Positions 1 to 8,957 of a stretch of DNA of 64,000 nucleotides are shown here, piece by piece. The number at the start of each line of letters is the position of its first letter. The first letter of the stretch is position 1. The notes beneath the pieces are model-generated. The model was not told the origin of the DNA. It made no database searches and saw nothing but the letters and a program-made list of their open reading frames with translations. This DNA comes from Minisyncoccia bacterium (GTDB taxonomy: Bacteria; Patescibacteriota; Minisyncoccia; UBA6257; 2-01-FULL-56-20). The translations under genes were made by a program, and so were the position numbers. Location: NCBI GenBank assembly GCA_050008535.1, contig JBEKML010000002.1:24732-88731 (forward strand), read 5' to 3'.

Positions 1-567
1 CAAGACGGTGGCATACACAAGCCCCAGCGAAAGATTCAGCGCTATCTTTTTGCGGGCGACGCCGAGCGCCCAATGGTAGCCGACGATCCCCGAGGTAAGG
101 GAATGGAGCAGGGTGGCGCCTACGAAGCGGAGTGAATCCATTTGGAATACGCTTGAAATGAAGGCGGTCCCGGAAAAGGCGGCGGGAAGGTTCGAGATCG
201 CGCCTATGTTCTCGAGCGTGGCAAAACCCAGAGCCGCCACGATCAGGTAGATCATCCGGTCAAGAGGGTCGTTAAGGATCGGACTTTTGCCGACCGCGAA
301 GTACGCCGCACCGAATTTCATCAGTTCCTCAATAAGGGCGAACACGAGAAGAGAGAAAATAGAGAGCTCCGCAATGCCCCACCCGGTTGCGGCGTGGTTG
401 AACATCTGCTCAAGGGCGATCGCGAAGAAGCCGAAGGCAACGCCGGCGAAAAAGGCGAGCACAATAAGACGCTTTGGTTCGGGGTGCGGGTCCTCGCTCA
501 AGTAAAAAATAAGCCACGCGAATCCCGGCAGGAGGCCGAAAACGAGCGCAATTACGAGCAGCGGCAT
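1..567 (-). CDS. membrane protein, PrsW-like intramembrane protease family (5' part only; runs off window start)
   Basis: Minus-strand ORF starting at 567 (MPLLVIALVFGLLPGFAWLIFYLSEDPHPEP...), multiple hydrophobic helices, EELMK (EExxK-like) motif; continues past position 1. Confidence 0.45.
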   Translation of the reverse strand, partial: MPLLVIALVFGLLPGFAWLIFYLSEDPHPEPKRLIVLAFFAGVAFGFFAIALEQMFNHAATGWGIAELSIFSLLVFALIEELMKFGAAYFAVGKSPILNDPLDRMIYLIVAALGFATLENIGAISNLPAAFSGTAFISSVFQMDSLRFVGATLLHSLTSGIVGYHWALGVARKKIALNLSLGLVYATVL

Positions 568-571
568 GTTT

Positions 572-2743
572 TTATTTTACCATTCCATCGCCCCGCCATG
601 CCTCTACCATAAGCATCGTTCCCGGACGGAAGATGCCGTAGATCTCTTCTGTCACGAACGGCATGAAGGGATGGAGCATTTTGAGCGATGCCAAGAGCAG
701 ATATTCAAGAAGAGCGTAGGATCCGGCTTTTTGCGCGGCATCTCCGTCGCGCAAAGCGATCTTTTCCGCTTCTACAATTTTGTCCGCAAGCGTGTGCCAG
801 ATATAGTGGTAGAGCTTTTCCGCGGCAAGATGGAATTCAAACGCCTCAAGATGCGCCGTTACTTCTGTTTTGAGCGCATCAAGCGCTTCTATCTCCATGC
901 GCCTCTCAATGGTGAATTTTTCCGGGTCCACGGGCGCTCCCTCCGCTGGTTTGTTCATATTGATGAACCGCGCGATGTTCCATATCTTTGTTGAGAAGTT
1001 CCGGTAGCCCCGGATGCGGTCTTCGGAAAGCTTAATGTCGCTTCCGGCCGAGGCGCCGATCACGAGCGAGAGCCGCGTAGCATCCGCGCCATATTTCTCC
1101 GCCATTGCGAGGGGGTCAATGCCATTGCCGAGCGACTTGGACATTTTCCGCCCCTTTGCATCGCGCACGAGGCCGTGCAAATATACTTCGCGGAAGGGGA
1201 CCGTGCCCATAAGACACGTGGACATAAGGATCATCCGCGCGACCCAGAAGAAGAGAATGTCATAGCCCGTTTCCAACAGTGAGTTCGGGAAATAAGTTTT
1301 AAGGTCTTTCGTTTTGTCCGGCCAACCGAAGACCGAGAACGGCCAGAGTCCGGAGGAAAACCAGGTGTCCAGAGTGTCGGGGTCCTGTGTCCATTTGTCG
1401 CCACGCGGCGGTTCAGTGCCAACGTAAACTTCTTCGCCCTTGTACCACACCGGGATCCGGTGCCCGAACCAGATCTGGCGCGAGATGCACCAGTCGTGCA
1501 AATGATCTATCCAGTTGAAATAGATCTTCCCGAAGCGGTCGGGGGTGATCTTCACGGCGCCGCTCGCTACGGCTTCACGCATGAGCTCTTTTGGTGTTTT
1601 TTCTTCGCCGTCCGCTGCCTTGAATTTTCTCTCGACTGCCACGAACCACTGTTTCAAGATCTGCGGCTCAATGATGCCTCCGCCGCGGTTGTTCGTCGCA
1701 ACGCGGTGGGCGTAATGCTCATCCACTTTTTCTATAAGCCCCTTCTTTTTTAATTTCTGGACGATGAGCGGCCGCGCTTTTTTGATGTGCATTCCGGCGA
1801 ACTCGCCTGCGATGGGGAGTAGCTTTCCGTTCAGATCAATGATTTGTTCCGTATCAAGATGGTGCCGTTCGGCGATCTCGAAGTCCGTCGTGTCGTGCCA
1901 CGGCGTGATGGTCATCACGCCCGTCCCGAACGCCATGTCAATTGACGGATCTTTCACGATCGTCGCCTTCACGGGGCCATTGATCCACTCAAGATCAATC
2001 ATTGCGCCGTGCTGGTATTTCTCGTACCGCTTGTCGTCGGGATGCATCACAACGTACTTGTCGCCGAATTTCGTCTCCGGCCGCGCCGTGGCGATCGTGA
2101 ACGGGCCGTATTTCAAGTAATAAAAAGGAGCCGTTTCTTCAATCCACTCCACTTCGTCATCCGAGACCGTCGTTTGCAACTGCGGATCCCAGTTCACGAT
2201 CCGGTCGCCGCGGTAGATAAGGCCCGTTTCGTACATCTTCTGGAATGCCGCGCGGACGGCGCGCTCGCGCGTGGCGTCGAGCGTATACGTTTCGCGGCTC
2301 CAATCAAGCGACGCACCCATCCGTTTCACCTGCTTCACGATCGTATCGTGGCTCTTTTTTGCGTACTCATGCACGCGCCGCAAAAATTCCTCCCGGCCGA
2401 GATCGTAGCGGCTTTTCTTTTCTTCTTTTGCGATCATTTTTTCCACGCGCGATTGCGTGGCGATCGCCGCATGGTCCGTGCCTGGGACCCAGAGCGTTCG
2501 CTTGCCGCGCATGCGATTCCATCGGACGAGAATATCTTCGATCACAAGCATCGCCGCATGTCCCATATGCAATTCTCCCGTCACATTCGGCGGGGGAAGT
2601 ATTATAGAGAATGGTTCCGCGTCCGCGGCCGTCACGCCTTTTTCCACGCATACATCCGGATTGAAATATCCCGACCGCTCCCATGCGGCCGCAATGCGGG
2701 ACTCCACTTCTTTTATGTCATAGCGCGGTTCCATGGCTGGCAT
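572..2743 (-). CDS. valS: valyl-tRNA synthetase (short form, 723 aa)
   Basis: PPPNVTGELHMGHA (HIGH-type) and KMSKSLGNGIDP (KMSKS) class I motifs in ValRS-typical context. Confidence 0.88.
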   Translation of the reverse strand: MPAMEPRYDIKEVESRIAAAWERSGYFNPDVCVEKGVTAADAEPFSIILPPPNVTGELHMGHAAMLVIEDILVRWNRMRGKRTLWVPGTDHAAIATQSRVEKMIAKEEKKSRYDLGREEFLRRVHEYAKKSHDTIVKQVKRMGASLDWSRETYTLDATRERAVRAAFQKMYETGLIYRGDRIVNWDPQLQTTVSDDEVEWIEETAPFYYLKYGPFTIATARPETKFGDKYVVMHPDDKRYEKYQHGAMIDLEWINGPVKATIVKDPSIDMAFGTGVMTITPWHDTTDFEIAERHHLDTEQIIDLNGKLLPIAGEFAGMHIKKARPLIVQKLKKKGLIEKVDEHYAHRVATNNRGGGIIEPQILKQWFVAVERKFKAADGEEKTPKELMREAVASGAVKITPDRFGKIYFNWIDHLHDWCISRQIWFGHRIPVWYKGEEVYVGTEPPRGDKWTQDPDTLDTWFSSGLWPFSVFGWPDKTKDLKTYFPNSLLETGYDILFFWVARMILMSTCLMGTVPFREVYLHGLVRDAKGRKMSKSLGNGIDPLAMAEKYGADATRLSLVIGASAGSDIKLSEDRIRGYRNFSTKIWNIARFINMNKPAEGAPVDPEKFTIERRMEIEALDALKTEVTAHLEAFEFHLAAEKLYHYIWHTLADKIVEAEKIALRDGDAAQKAGSYALLEYLLLASLKMLHPFMPFVTEEIYGIFRPGTMLMVEAWRGDGMVK

Positions 2744-2855
2744 CGATAATATCTGGATTATAGGGGATTTTTTTGCGGAAGGGAAACTATTTCGCGCCGG
2801 ACAGCGTATACTATATAATAGGTAAACTACAAAGGTCGTTTTAATTTCTCATTTT

Positions 2856-3164
2856 ATGGAAGAACAAAAAGATAAGAAGGTTTGCGGGTGCGGCGGGTGT
2901 ACCTGTATGAGCGGGTGCGGATGTGGGTGCGGGTGCGGTATGAGCGGGTGCGGCCATCGGCATGGCCGGATCATCCTGCGGATCGTGATTGCGATCATCG
3001 TAGTCGTCGTGGCGTTTTCGATCGGCGTAAAGCTCGGCGAACTCCGAGGGGCGTACAATGGTGGCTACTACGGGGAATACGGCCGTGGCTACCGGATGAT
3101 GGGGTACCCGATGATGAATGGTTACTACGGGGCGCCGACGGCAACGTCGACACCGACGAAGTAG
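2856..3164 (+). CDS. small Cys/Gly-rich membrane protein (N-terminal CGCGGCTC..GCGCGCGCG..GCGH cluster, one TM helix, Gly/Tyr-rich tail)
   Basis: 102-aa ORF; repetitive GC codon tract; followed by clean rho-independent terminator at 3185-3217; upstream TATACT/TATAAT box. Confidence 0.5.
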   Translation: MEEQKDKKVCGCGGCTCMSGCGCGCGCGMSGCGHRHGRIILRIVIAIIVVVVAFSIGVKLGELRGAYNGGYYGEYGRGYRMMGYPMMNGYYGAPTATSTPTK

Positions 3165-3184
3165 GCGGGCGAGCAAGGCAAGCC

Positions 3185-3217
3185 AAAAAACCGGAGCTTC
3201 ACGCTCCGGTTTTTTGT
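3185..3217 (+). terminator. rho-independent terminator (ccggagc-ttcac-gctccgg + T7)
   Basis: Perfect 7-bp GC stem followed by TTTTTTG directly after stop of 2856..3164 ORF. Confidence 0.75.
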
Positions 3218-3245
3218 TGCGCCACTGTGTTATATAATAAAGGCA

Positions 3246-4082
3246 ATGGCAGACGAGGCCCCGAAAGCGGCAAAAATAGCGATGGATCCGGTCGGTGCGC
3301 TCTTTACGGGCGCGTGGCGGCGCTATGGAGAGCGTTTCTGGACGCTCGTGTGGATATTTTTCATACCAAGCATCCTCCTTTTATTAGGACGATTGTTTTT
3401 GGAAGGAGGAACGCCGCCGCGGATACTTGTGGGCGGTATTCTTTCATTGATTGGTTCGCTCGTCTCCATCCCGGCTTCACTTGCACTTGTGAACGCTCTC
3501 GCGCACGGGACGGATTTTACGATGTCGTATCGCGTGGGGCTGAAGCTTTTCTGGCCGGCGGTGTGGATATGCATACTAGACGCTCTCGCGGTCGTCGGCG
3601 GGTTTGCGCTTTTGATCGTTCCCGGTATCATCTTGAGCGTCGCGCTTATGTTCGCGAATTACACGCTCGTCGTTGAAGACAAGCGCGGAATGCATGCGCT
3701 CATGCAAAGCAGGGGATACGTAAAAGGATATTGGTGGGCGATCTTGGGGAGGGGTATCCTCCTCGGCGCGATCTTTTTGGGCGTGCTCCTCCTTGTGTAT
3801 CTGCCGCTCGCCCTGCTTCTCGGCAAAACGATCGGCAACGTGATATACCTCGTCCTCCTTTTATGCTTTACGGCGTTCGGCGTTTGCTACTCCTACGAAA
3901 TGTACGCAAATCTAAGGAGGCTCAAAGCGGGCGCAATGGAGGAGGCAGTAAAAGGCAAAAATGGATTTTTGAAGGTCTGCATGGCGGTCGGTGTTCTTGT
4001 TGTCCTCGTTATTCTTTTTCTCGTCGTCATCGGGGTGTTGTGGACTGGCGTGCCACAATCATCAAACGTCATCAAATCGTAA
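3246..4082 (+). CDS. polytopic membrane protein, unknown function
   Basis: 278-aa ORF with ~6 hydrophobic segments; extended -10 (TGTGTTATATAAT) ending 7 nt before ATG (leaderless-type). Confidence 0.6.
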   Translation: MADEAPKAAKIAMDPVGALFTGAWRRYGERFWTLVWIFFIPSILLLLGRLFLEGGTPPRILVGGILSLIGSLVSIPASLALVNALAHGTDFTMSYRVGLKLFWPAVWICILDALAVVGGFALLIVPGIILSVALMFANYTLVVEDKRGMHALMQSRGYVKGYWWAILGRGILLGAIFLGVLLLVYLPLALLLGKTIGNVIYLVLLLCFTAFGVCYSYEMYANLRRLKAGAMEEAVKGKNGFLKVCMAVGVLVVLVILFLVVIGVLWTGVPQSSNVIKS

Positions 4083-5151
4083 GATCTCCCCGGGCCGCAA
4101 GGCGGAATCGTTTCTTTCTAAGATGCGCCAGGTAGCCGGCGGCGCCGATCATTGCGGCGTTGTCCATGTTGTATTTAAAGTCGGGGACGAAAAATCCGGC
4201 GCCCACGAGGCCTGCCGCGCGGGCAAGGGCTTTTCGAAGGTGCTTGTTCGCCGCCACGCCGCCAGAAAGGAGAATTGATTCCGCTCCGCGTTCCTGCGCG
4301 GCCCTCTTTGTTTTTGCGACCAAGACGTCCACTGCCGCCTGCTCGAATCCCGCGGCCACATCCGCTTTTTCCTTCGCACTCGGTGCGCGCTTCATGTCCC
4401 GGAGATAATAGAGGACCGCGGTTTTCAAGCCGGAGAAACTGAAGTCGTAGTTCTTGTCGGTAAGCATCGGCCGCGGGAAGGTGATGGTAAAAGGATTTCC
4501 CCGCGCGGAAAGCTTCTCTATTTCCGGGCCGCCGGGGTAGGGGAGACCGAGCAGCCGCGCCACTTTATCGAATGCTTCGCCCGCCGCGTCGTCGCGCGTT
4601 TCGCCGAGCCGCCGCCATTTTGCGAGAGATTCCACTTCCAAGAGGATCGTGTGTCCGCCTGAAACGATGAGCGCGACGGCGGGGAAGATCACCTTCTGAA
4701 TAAGGGCCGACGAGTAGGCGGTGGACGATCGGGAGGGCAAGAGGAAGCTATAGAGGTGCCCCTCAAGATGGTTTGCGCCGACAAGCGGTTTCTTATGTTT
4801 TTTTGCGAGTTCTTTTGCAAAGCCGATACCCGTCCAGAGCGCCGGTTCGAGTCCGGGGCCGACGGTCACCGTAATAAGATTTATCGAGCGCCACAGGCGC
4901 GCTTCCTGCGCGGATCCCGGCGCTCCAAACATCTTTTTATAGAGCACGGGAAGATTTTTGAGATGTTCGCGCTTCGCGAGGTTCGGCACCACGCCGCCGA
5001 ACGGCCGGTGGATCTTTATCTGCGACGCGACCAGGTTTTTATCTATTATAAAACGCGGCATGGCACCGCCCCGCGCGTGCAAGCCGCCCGTCGCGCGGAG
5101 GAGCGCAATGCCGGTCTCATCACAAGAAGTTTCGATCGCAAGAATTCTCAT
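4072..5151 (-). CDS. tsaD: tRNA N6-adenosine threonylcarbamoyltransferase TsaD (Kae1/YgjD family)
   Basis: MRILAIETSCDETGIALL N-terminus and SGGVAANKHLR motif typical of TsaD. Confidence 0.9.
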   Translation of the reverse strand: MRILAIETSCDETGIALLRATGGLHARGGAMPRFIIDKNLVASQIKIHRPFGGVVPNLAKREHLKNLPVLYKKMFGAPGSAQEARLWRSINLITVTVGPGLEPALWTGIGFAKELAKKHKKPLVGANHLEGHLYSFLLPSRSSTAYSSALIQKVIFPAVALIVSGGHTILLEVESLAKWRRLGETRDDAAGEAFDKVARLLGLPYPGGPEIEKLSARGNPFTITFPRPMLTDKNYDFSFSGLKTAVLYYLRDMKRAPSAKEKADVAAGFEQAAVDVLVAKTKRAAQERGAESILLSGGVAANKHLRKALARAAGLVGAGFFVPDFKYNMDNAAMIGAAGYLAHLRKKRFRLAARGDLTI

Positions 5152-5280
5152 GGTTCTGTTTTTATATCATGCGGCAGGAGGGGACGGACCGCAACCGGCT
5201 ACTTGACAAAATGGACATTTATATGTTAAAATAACAGTAGCGGTAAGCATTCAAAATCCAACGATTTCCAGTGAGGCGAC

Positions 5281-5910
5281 ATGAAAAACATAGTGATGGT
5301 TCTCTTGTTGGCGGCGGCATCGCTGTCCGCCCAACACACGATTTCGGTGTTCGGGCACACGCCCGGAATCGATCTCCGTATCCTCAACGACACAACAGAC
5401 AAAGCTCCGCTCCAACTCACGGTGAACAGCCGTGATGTCCGTGGGTTCCTGCTTCCCGGCATGGACCCGTGGAGAGGCCACTACGGATCAGGCTACGGGG
5501 ACGTCCCGATCGTGATCCGTGCGTGCGCGGCGATCGCGGAACGCACCGTCAATCTTGCCCCGCCACGGTGGGCAGCGGACGAGGGGTTGGTGGGCGGACT
5601 TGCACTGACCAAGGAGTATCTTGCAGGTCAACCATCCGAACCGGACCTGAAGAAACGGGTTGAGCAACTCGAAAAGAAGCTCAGCAAGCGCCTCGGCCAC
5701 AGGGAGATGATCGCAGAGCTTCACGACTGGTTCAATGCCGTGAAGCATCTCGGCATCAACCGCAGTGTCCAAGTTTGCGGGAACCCCGTGACCCTCACGG
5801 CCTTAGTGCATGTCCAATACAACCTGTACGAGCGTCGCACTGTGATGCTCGTGGTCCGTGGAGATCGCAAGCACGGCTACCGGGTGAATGGACCCAGGGA
5901 CGCCTATTAG
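5281..5910 (+). CDS. secreted hypothetical protein (N-terminal signal peptide)
   Basis: MKNIVMVLLLAAASLSAQ signal-like N-terminus; no recognisable family. Confidence 0.5.
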   Translation: MKNIVMVLLLAAASLSAQHTISVFGHTPGIDLRILNDTTDKAPLQLTVNSRDVRGFLLPGMDPWRGHYGSGYGDVPIVIRACAAIAERTVNLAPPRWAADEGLVGGLALTKEYLAGQPSEPDLKKRVEQLEKKLSKRLGHREMIAELHDWFNAVKHLGINRSVQVCGNPVTLTALVHVQYNLYERRTVMLVVRGDRKHGYRVNGPRDAY

Positions 5911-6040
5911 GCAATACGCGCGATCGACCCCAGAAGGCGATCGCGCGAACACTTGAGTTTAGTACTTGGGTAGTAAACTGAAGTGTTCAAGAGGAAATAT
6001 ATAAATAAATATGTGAATGGGCAGCTCGCGGTGTCCACTA

Positions 6041-6069
6041 TTGACAAGCTTATATATCTATGATAATAT
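6041..6069 (+). promoter_or_regulatory. sigma70-like promoter TTGACA-N17-TAATAT (TG-extended) for 6145 gene
   Basis: Consensus -35 at 6041-6046, 17-nt spacer, -10 at 6064-6069 in an AT-rich intergenic stretch; AGGAG SD at 6134-6138. Confidence 0.55.
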
Positions 6070-6144
6070 TTCAATTAGAACGTATCGCGGGCCGATGGTG
6101 AGTAAAACTTACCACGCTACCCAGCGAACGAACAGGAGACTGAC

Positions 6145-6615
6145 ATGTACATATGGTTGACGGCCAAAGGCGAAGAGACGCTTCGGCAACTCAAGACGGA
6201 AGGCAGAATCGGGGAGCTGAAAATCGAGACTCACAGGAACTCGGGCCTGCGATATGTCCCGGTTTCAGACGAGATCACGGATCCGACCGCTACGCTGATC
6301 CCGCAAAGCGTGATTGATCACGTGACGCTGGACGGAAGAATCCAAGAGGATCTCCGGCCGCAAGGAATCTACGTGCGGGGCGGCGCGACGGCGCAGGTGG
6401 AGACCGTAAGGAACGTTGTTGGGGGCTACGGCAACAATTCGCCTATGGTTGATCGCTACCAGATGGTCCGCGTTGTCGCCAAAACCGTGAGGGCGGCGAG
6501 GGCGATTTATTCGAAGGTCCGCTCCGGAGAACTCAAGCCGAAGCACAACTGGACGGCGGGTGCTGACCGCTCGGGGGTCACCGACGCTGCTGGTGCCGAG
6601 ATCGGCGATCAGTAA
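6145..6615 (+). CDS. hypothetical protein
   Basis: 156-aa ORF with strong promoter and AGGAG Shine-Dalgarno 6 nt upstream of ATG; no family recognised. Confidence 0.55.
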   Translation: MYIWLTAKGEETLRQLKTEGRIGELKIETHRNSGLRYVPVSDEITDPTATLIPQSVIDHVTLDGRIQEDLRPQGIYVRGGATAQVETVRNVVGGYGNNSPMVDRYQMVRVVAKTVRAARAIYSKVRSGELKPKHNWTAGADRSGVTDAAGAEIGDQ

Positions 6616-6796
6616 CCGCAAGCAGAAGGGTTAGCTCAGAGGAGCTAACCCTTCCAAATATGAGTTTATAATTATTTGTAATTTCATATTTGGACTGAAT
6701 GTTGGTGTACTACGTCTCCATCAGATCTTCCGGCGACCAGGTGATCTTCTCGCCGTCGACCCACCCCTCCGTTCGATTCCCCGTGAGCGCCAACGG

Positions 6797-6870
6797 CAAG
6801 AAAAATACAGAGGGGCTTTGAAGAGAGCCCTTCTGAGTACTCGATTCAAAGCCCCTCTGTATTTTTCTTG
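6797..6870. repeat. 26-bp-stem hairpin element with conserved loop (GAGCCCTTCTGAGTACTCG), copy 1; abuts 3' end of tRNA-Glu
   Basis: Perfect inverted repeat caagaaaaatacagaggggctttgaa / ttcaaagcccctctgtatttttcttg; loop nearly identical to copy at 14415-14484. Confidence 0.65.
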
Positions 6871-6945
6871 TGGTAGCCCCACCGGGAATCGAACCCGGAT
6901 TTACGCCGTGAAAGGGCGCCGTCCTAGCCATTAGACGATGAGGCC
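6871..6945 (-). tRNA. tRNA-Glu (UUC), CCA encoded
   Basis: Reverse complement GGCCTCATCGTCTAATGGCTAGGACGGCGCCCTTTCACGGCG...TTCGATTCCCGGTGGGGCTACCA folds as cloverleaf; anticodon loop CTTTCAC. Confidence 0.85.
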
Positions 6946-7008
6946 ATCGCAGCAGAGTGCCGCATCCTTGCTATAATATAATAGAGTCGTATATTTTGAA
7001 AGGTCGGT

Positions 7009-7434
7009 TTGCTTCATTCGTTAAAATCTATGCTTTCTGTCTTCTTTTTTTACGGCGGCTTGGGAGTGCTTGCGTTGCGTCTTGCGCTCGGCGTGATTTT
7101 CCTTGCGCATGGGTGGCCGAAGCTTCGGCATCTGCAACAGACGGCAGTTGAGTTCGACGGGCTGGGCTTCAAGCCGGGCAGGTTCTGGGGGACGCTCGTC
7201 GCGCTCCTTGAATCTTTCGGCGGCATCGCGCTTATCCTTGGATTCTACACACAGACCTTCGCGGTGCTTTTCGCGCTCGAGTTTATCGCGATTGTCGTGC
7301 GGAAGCTTATAAAGAAACAGCCGTTCGTCGGCGGCTGGGAGCTTGACCTCCTTGTCCTTACCGCATTCCTCGTGCTCGCCCTGAACGGCGGCGGCGCCTA
7401 CTCGTTTGACCGGGCTTTCTTCCTTGGATGGTAA
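7009..7434 (+). CDS. DoxX-family membrane protein
   Basis: 4 hydrophobic helices, DoxX-like sequence (GGLGVLALRLALGVIFLAHGWPKL); TTG start at 7009 after GAAAGG, alternative ATG at 7030. Confidence 0.7.
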   Translation: MLHSLKSMLSVFFFYGGLGVLALRLALGVIFLAHGWPKLRHLQQTAVEFDGLGFKPGRFWGTLVALLESFGGIALILGFYTQTFAVLFALEFIAIVVRKLIKKQPFVGGWELDLLVLTAFLVLALNGGGAYSFDRAFFLGW

Positions 7435-8957
7435 AACGGTTTTTTGAGATCCTGCCTGGGGCGCTCGCTTGGGCAACGATCATCTTCATGTTTTTGTTTT
7501 CGTGGCTTCTCCCCGCGTGGGTTTCGATTTTCATCATCCTTTTCGACGTCTACTGGCTTTTGAAGACCATCTATCTTTCGCTCCATCTTCGCGCGACGTT
7601 TTCGCAGATGAAGAAAAACATGGCGGTGGATTGGCTTCTGCGCCTAAACGAATCGAAGGGCGTTCCCCGATGGGAAAATATTTATCACCTCGTGATCCTC
7701 CCGATGTATCACGAACCGTACGAAGTGGTGAAAGAGAGCTTTGCGCGCCTTTTTGAAACGCATTATCCGAAAGAAAAATTATTGGTGGTGCTTGCGCTTG
7801 AGGGGCGCGCGGGCAGGGCGGCGGAGGAGGTGGGAGAGCGGATCAAAAAAGAGTTCGGCGGAAAATTTTTCCGCTTTCTTGTAACGACTCATCCTGCGGA
7901 CCTCCCCGGCGAGATCCCAGGCAAGGGATCCAACGAAACCTGGGCGGCGCTGCGGGCGAAGGAAATCCTGCTTGATCCGTTGCACATTCCCGCGGAAAAC
8001 ATTCTTGTTTCGGTCTTTGACGTGGATACGCAGGTCTTTACTGAATATTTCAGCCGGCTCACCTACGTGTTTCTCACAGCGCAGAATCGCTTGCGCGCCA
8101 TCTATCAGCCGATCCCGCTCTTTACGAACAACATCTATGAGGCGCCGGCATTGGCGCGGGTGGTCGCATTCTCCACGACCTTTTGGCAAATGATGCAGCA
8201 AGCGCGCCCGGAACGCCTGACCTCTTTTTCTTCCCAATCCGTGCCGCTCAAGGTATTGCTTGATATCGGATTTTGGCAGAAGGATATTGTCTCAGAGGAT
8301 TCGCGGGTTTTTTGGCAATGCTATTTGCGCTATCACGGCGACTTCCGCGTGGAGCCGCTCTTATATCCCTTGTCCATGGACGCGAACGTGGCGCCCACCT
8401 TTTGGGCTACCATGAAAAATCTTTACAAGCAGCAGCGGCGGTGGGGATGGGGGTGTGAGAACATTCCGTACATGCTTCAGGGGTTCCGGCGCGATCCGCA
8501 GATCCCGTCCGGGAAGAAACGCTACTGGAGGTTCAACGTACTGGAAGGATTCCATTCGTGGGCGACAAATGCACTTATGATCTTTGCCCTGGGGTGGCTT
8601 CCGCTTTTTCTTGGCGGCCGACATTTTACCGATACGCTTCTTTCTTACAACTTGCCGCGGATCACGCGGTTCATCATATCGCTTTCCATGATCGGTATCG
8701 TGAGCTCCGCGATCTTGGGCATCCTTCTTTTGCCGCCAAAAACAAAAGGGCTGCGCGCCCGCAATTATCTTGTCTATTTTTTACAATGGGCCCTTATGCC
8801 TCTTACGCTCATCATCTTCGGCGCCTTCCCCGGGCTTGAAGCGCAGACGCGGCTCATGCTCGGCGGTCGCTTCCGCCTGGGCTTTTGGGTTACGCCCAAG
8901 GGGCGTAACCCAAAAGGGGAAGAGGGACCGGGGAAACATGATAAAATAAAGCAATGA
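7428..8957 (+). CDS. membrane-embedded processive family-2 glycosyltransferase (cellulose/chitin-synthase-like; DxD, SED, QQRRW motifs)
   Basis: N- and C-terminal TM segments, VFDVDT, VSEDSRVFW and KQQRRWGWG motifs. Confidence 0.8.
   Translation: MVKRFFEILPGALAWATIIFMFLFSWLLPAWVSIFIILFDVYWLLKTIYLSLHLRATFSQMKKNMAVDWLLRLNESKGVPRWENIYHLVILPMYHEPYEVVKESFARLFETHYPKEKLLVVLALEGRAGRAAEEVGERIKKEFGGKFFRFLVTTHPADLPGEIPGKGSNETWAALRAKEILLDPLHIPAENILVSVFDVDTQVFTEYFSRLTYVFLTAQNRLRAIYQPIPLFTNNIYEAPALARVVAFSTTFWQMMQQARPERLTSFSSQSVPLKVLLDIGFWQKDIVSEDSRVFWQCYLRYHGDFRVEPLLYPLSMDANVAPTFWATMKNLYKQQRRWGWGCENIPYMLQGFRRDPQIPSGKKRYWRFNVLEGFHSWATNALMIFALGWLPLFLGGRHFTDTLLSYNLPRITRFIISLSMIGIVSSAILGILLLPPKTKGLRARNYLVYFLQWALMPLTLIIFGAFPGLEAQTRLMLGGRFRLGFWVTPKGRNPKGEEGPGKHDKIKQ

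Noticed and set aside
2880-2960. Short tandem repeats gcgggtgcgg / ggtgcgg considered as possible CRISPR or microsatellite
   Set aside because: Repeats are in-frame Cys-Gly codons of a plausible small protein. No spacer-repeat periodicity and no cas genes in the window.
2882-3676. 264-aa plus-strand ORF spanning the Cys-rich gene, terminator and membrane-protein gene
   Set aside because: It reads through a clear intrinsic terminator and promoter, and its translation is Arg-rich nonsense. The alternative frames give coherent proteins.
6823-6844. CTGAGTA in the hairpin loop considered as a hammerhead-ribozyme CUGANGA core
   Set aside because: No GAAA partner or three-stem junction. The second copy has CTTAGTA, breaking the motif.
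6710-6931. 73-aa minus-strand ORF
   Set aside because: Overlaps tRNA-Glu and the hairpin repeat element entirely.
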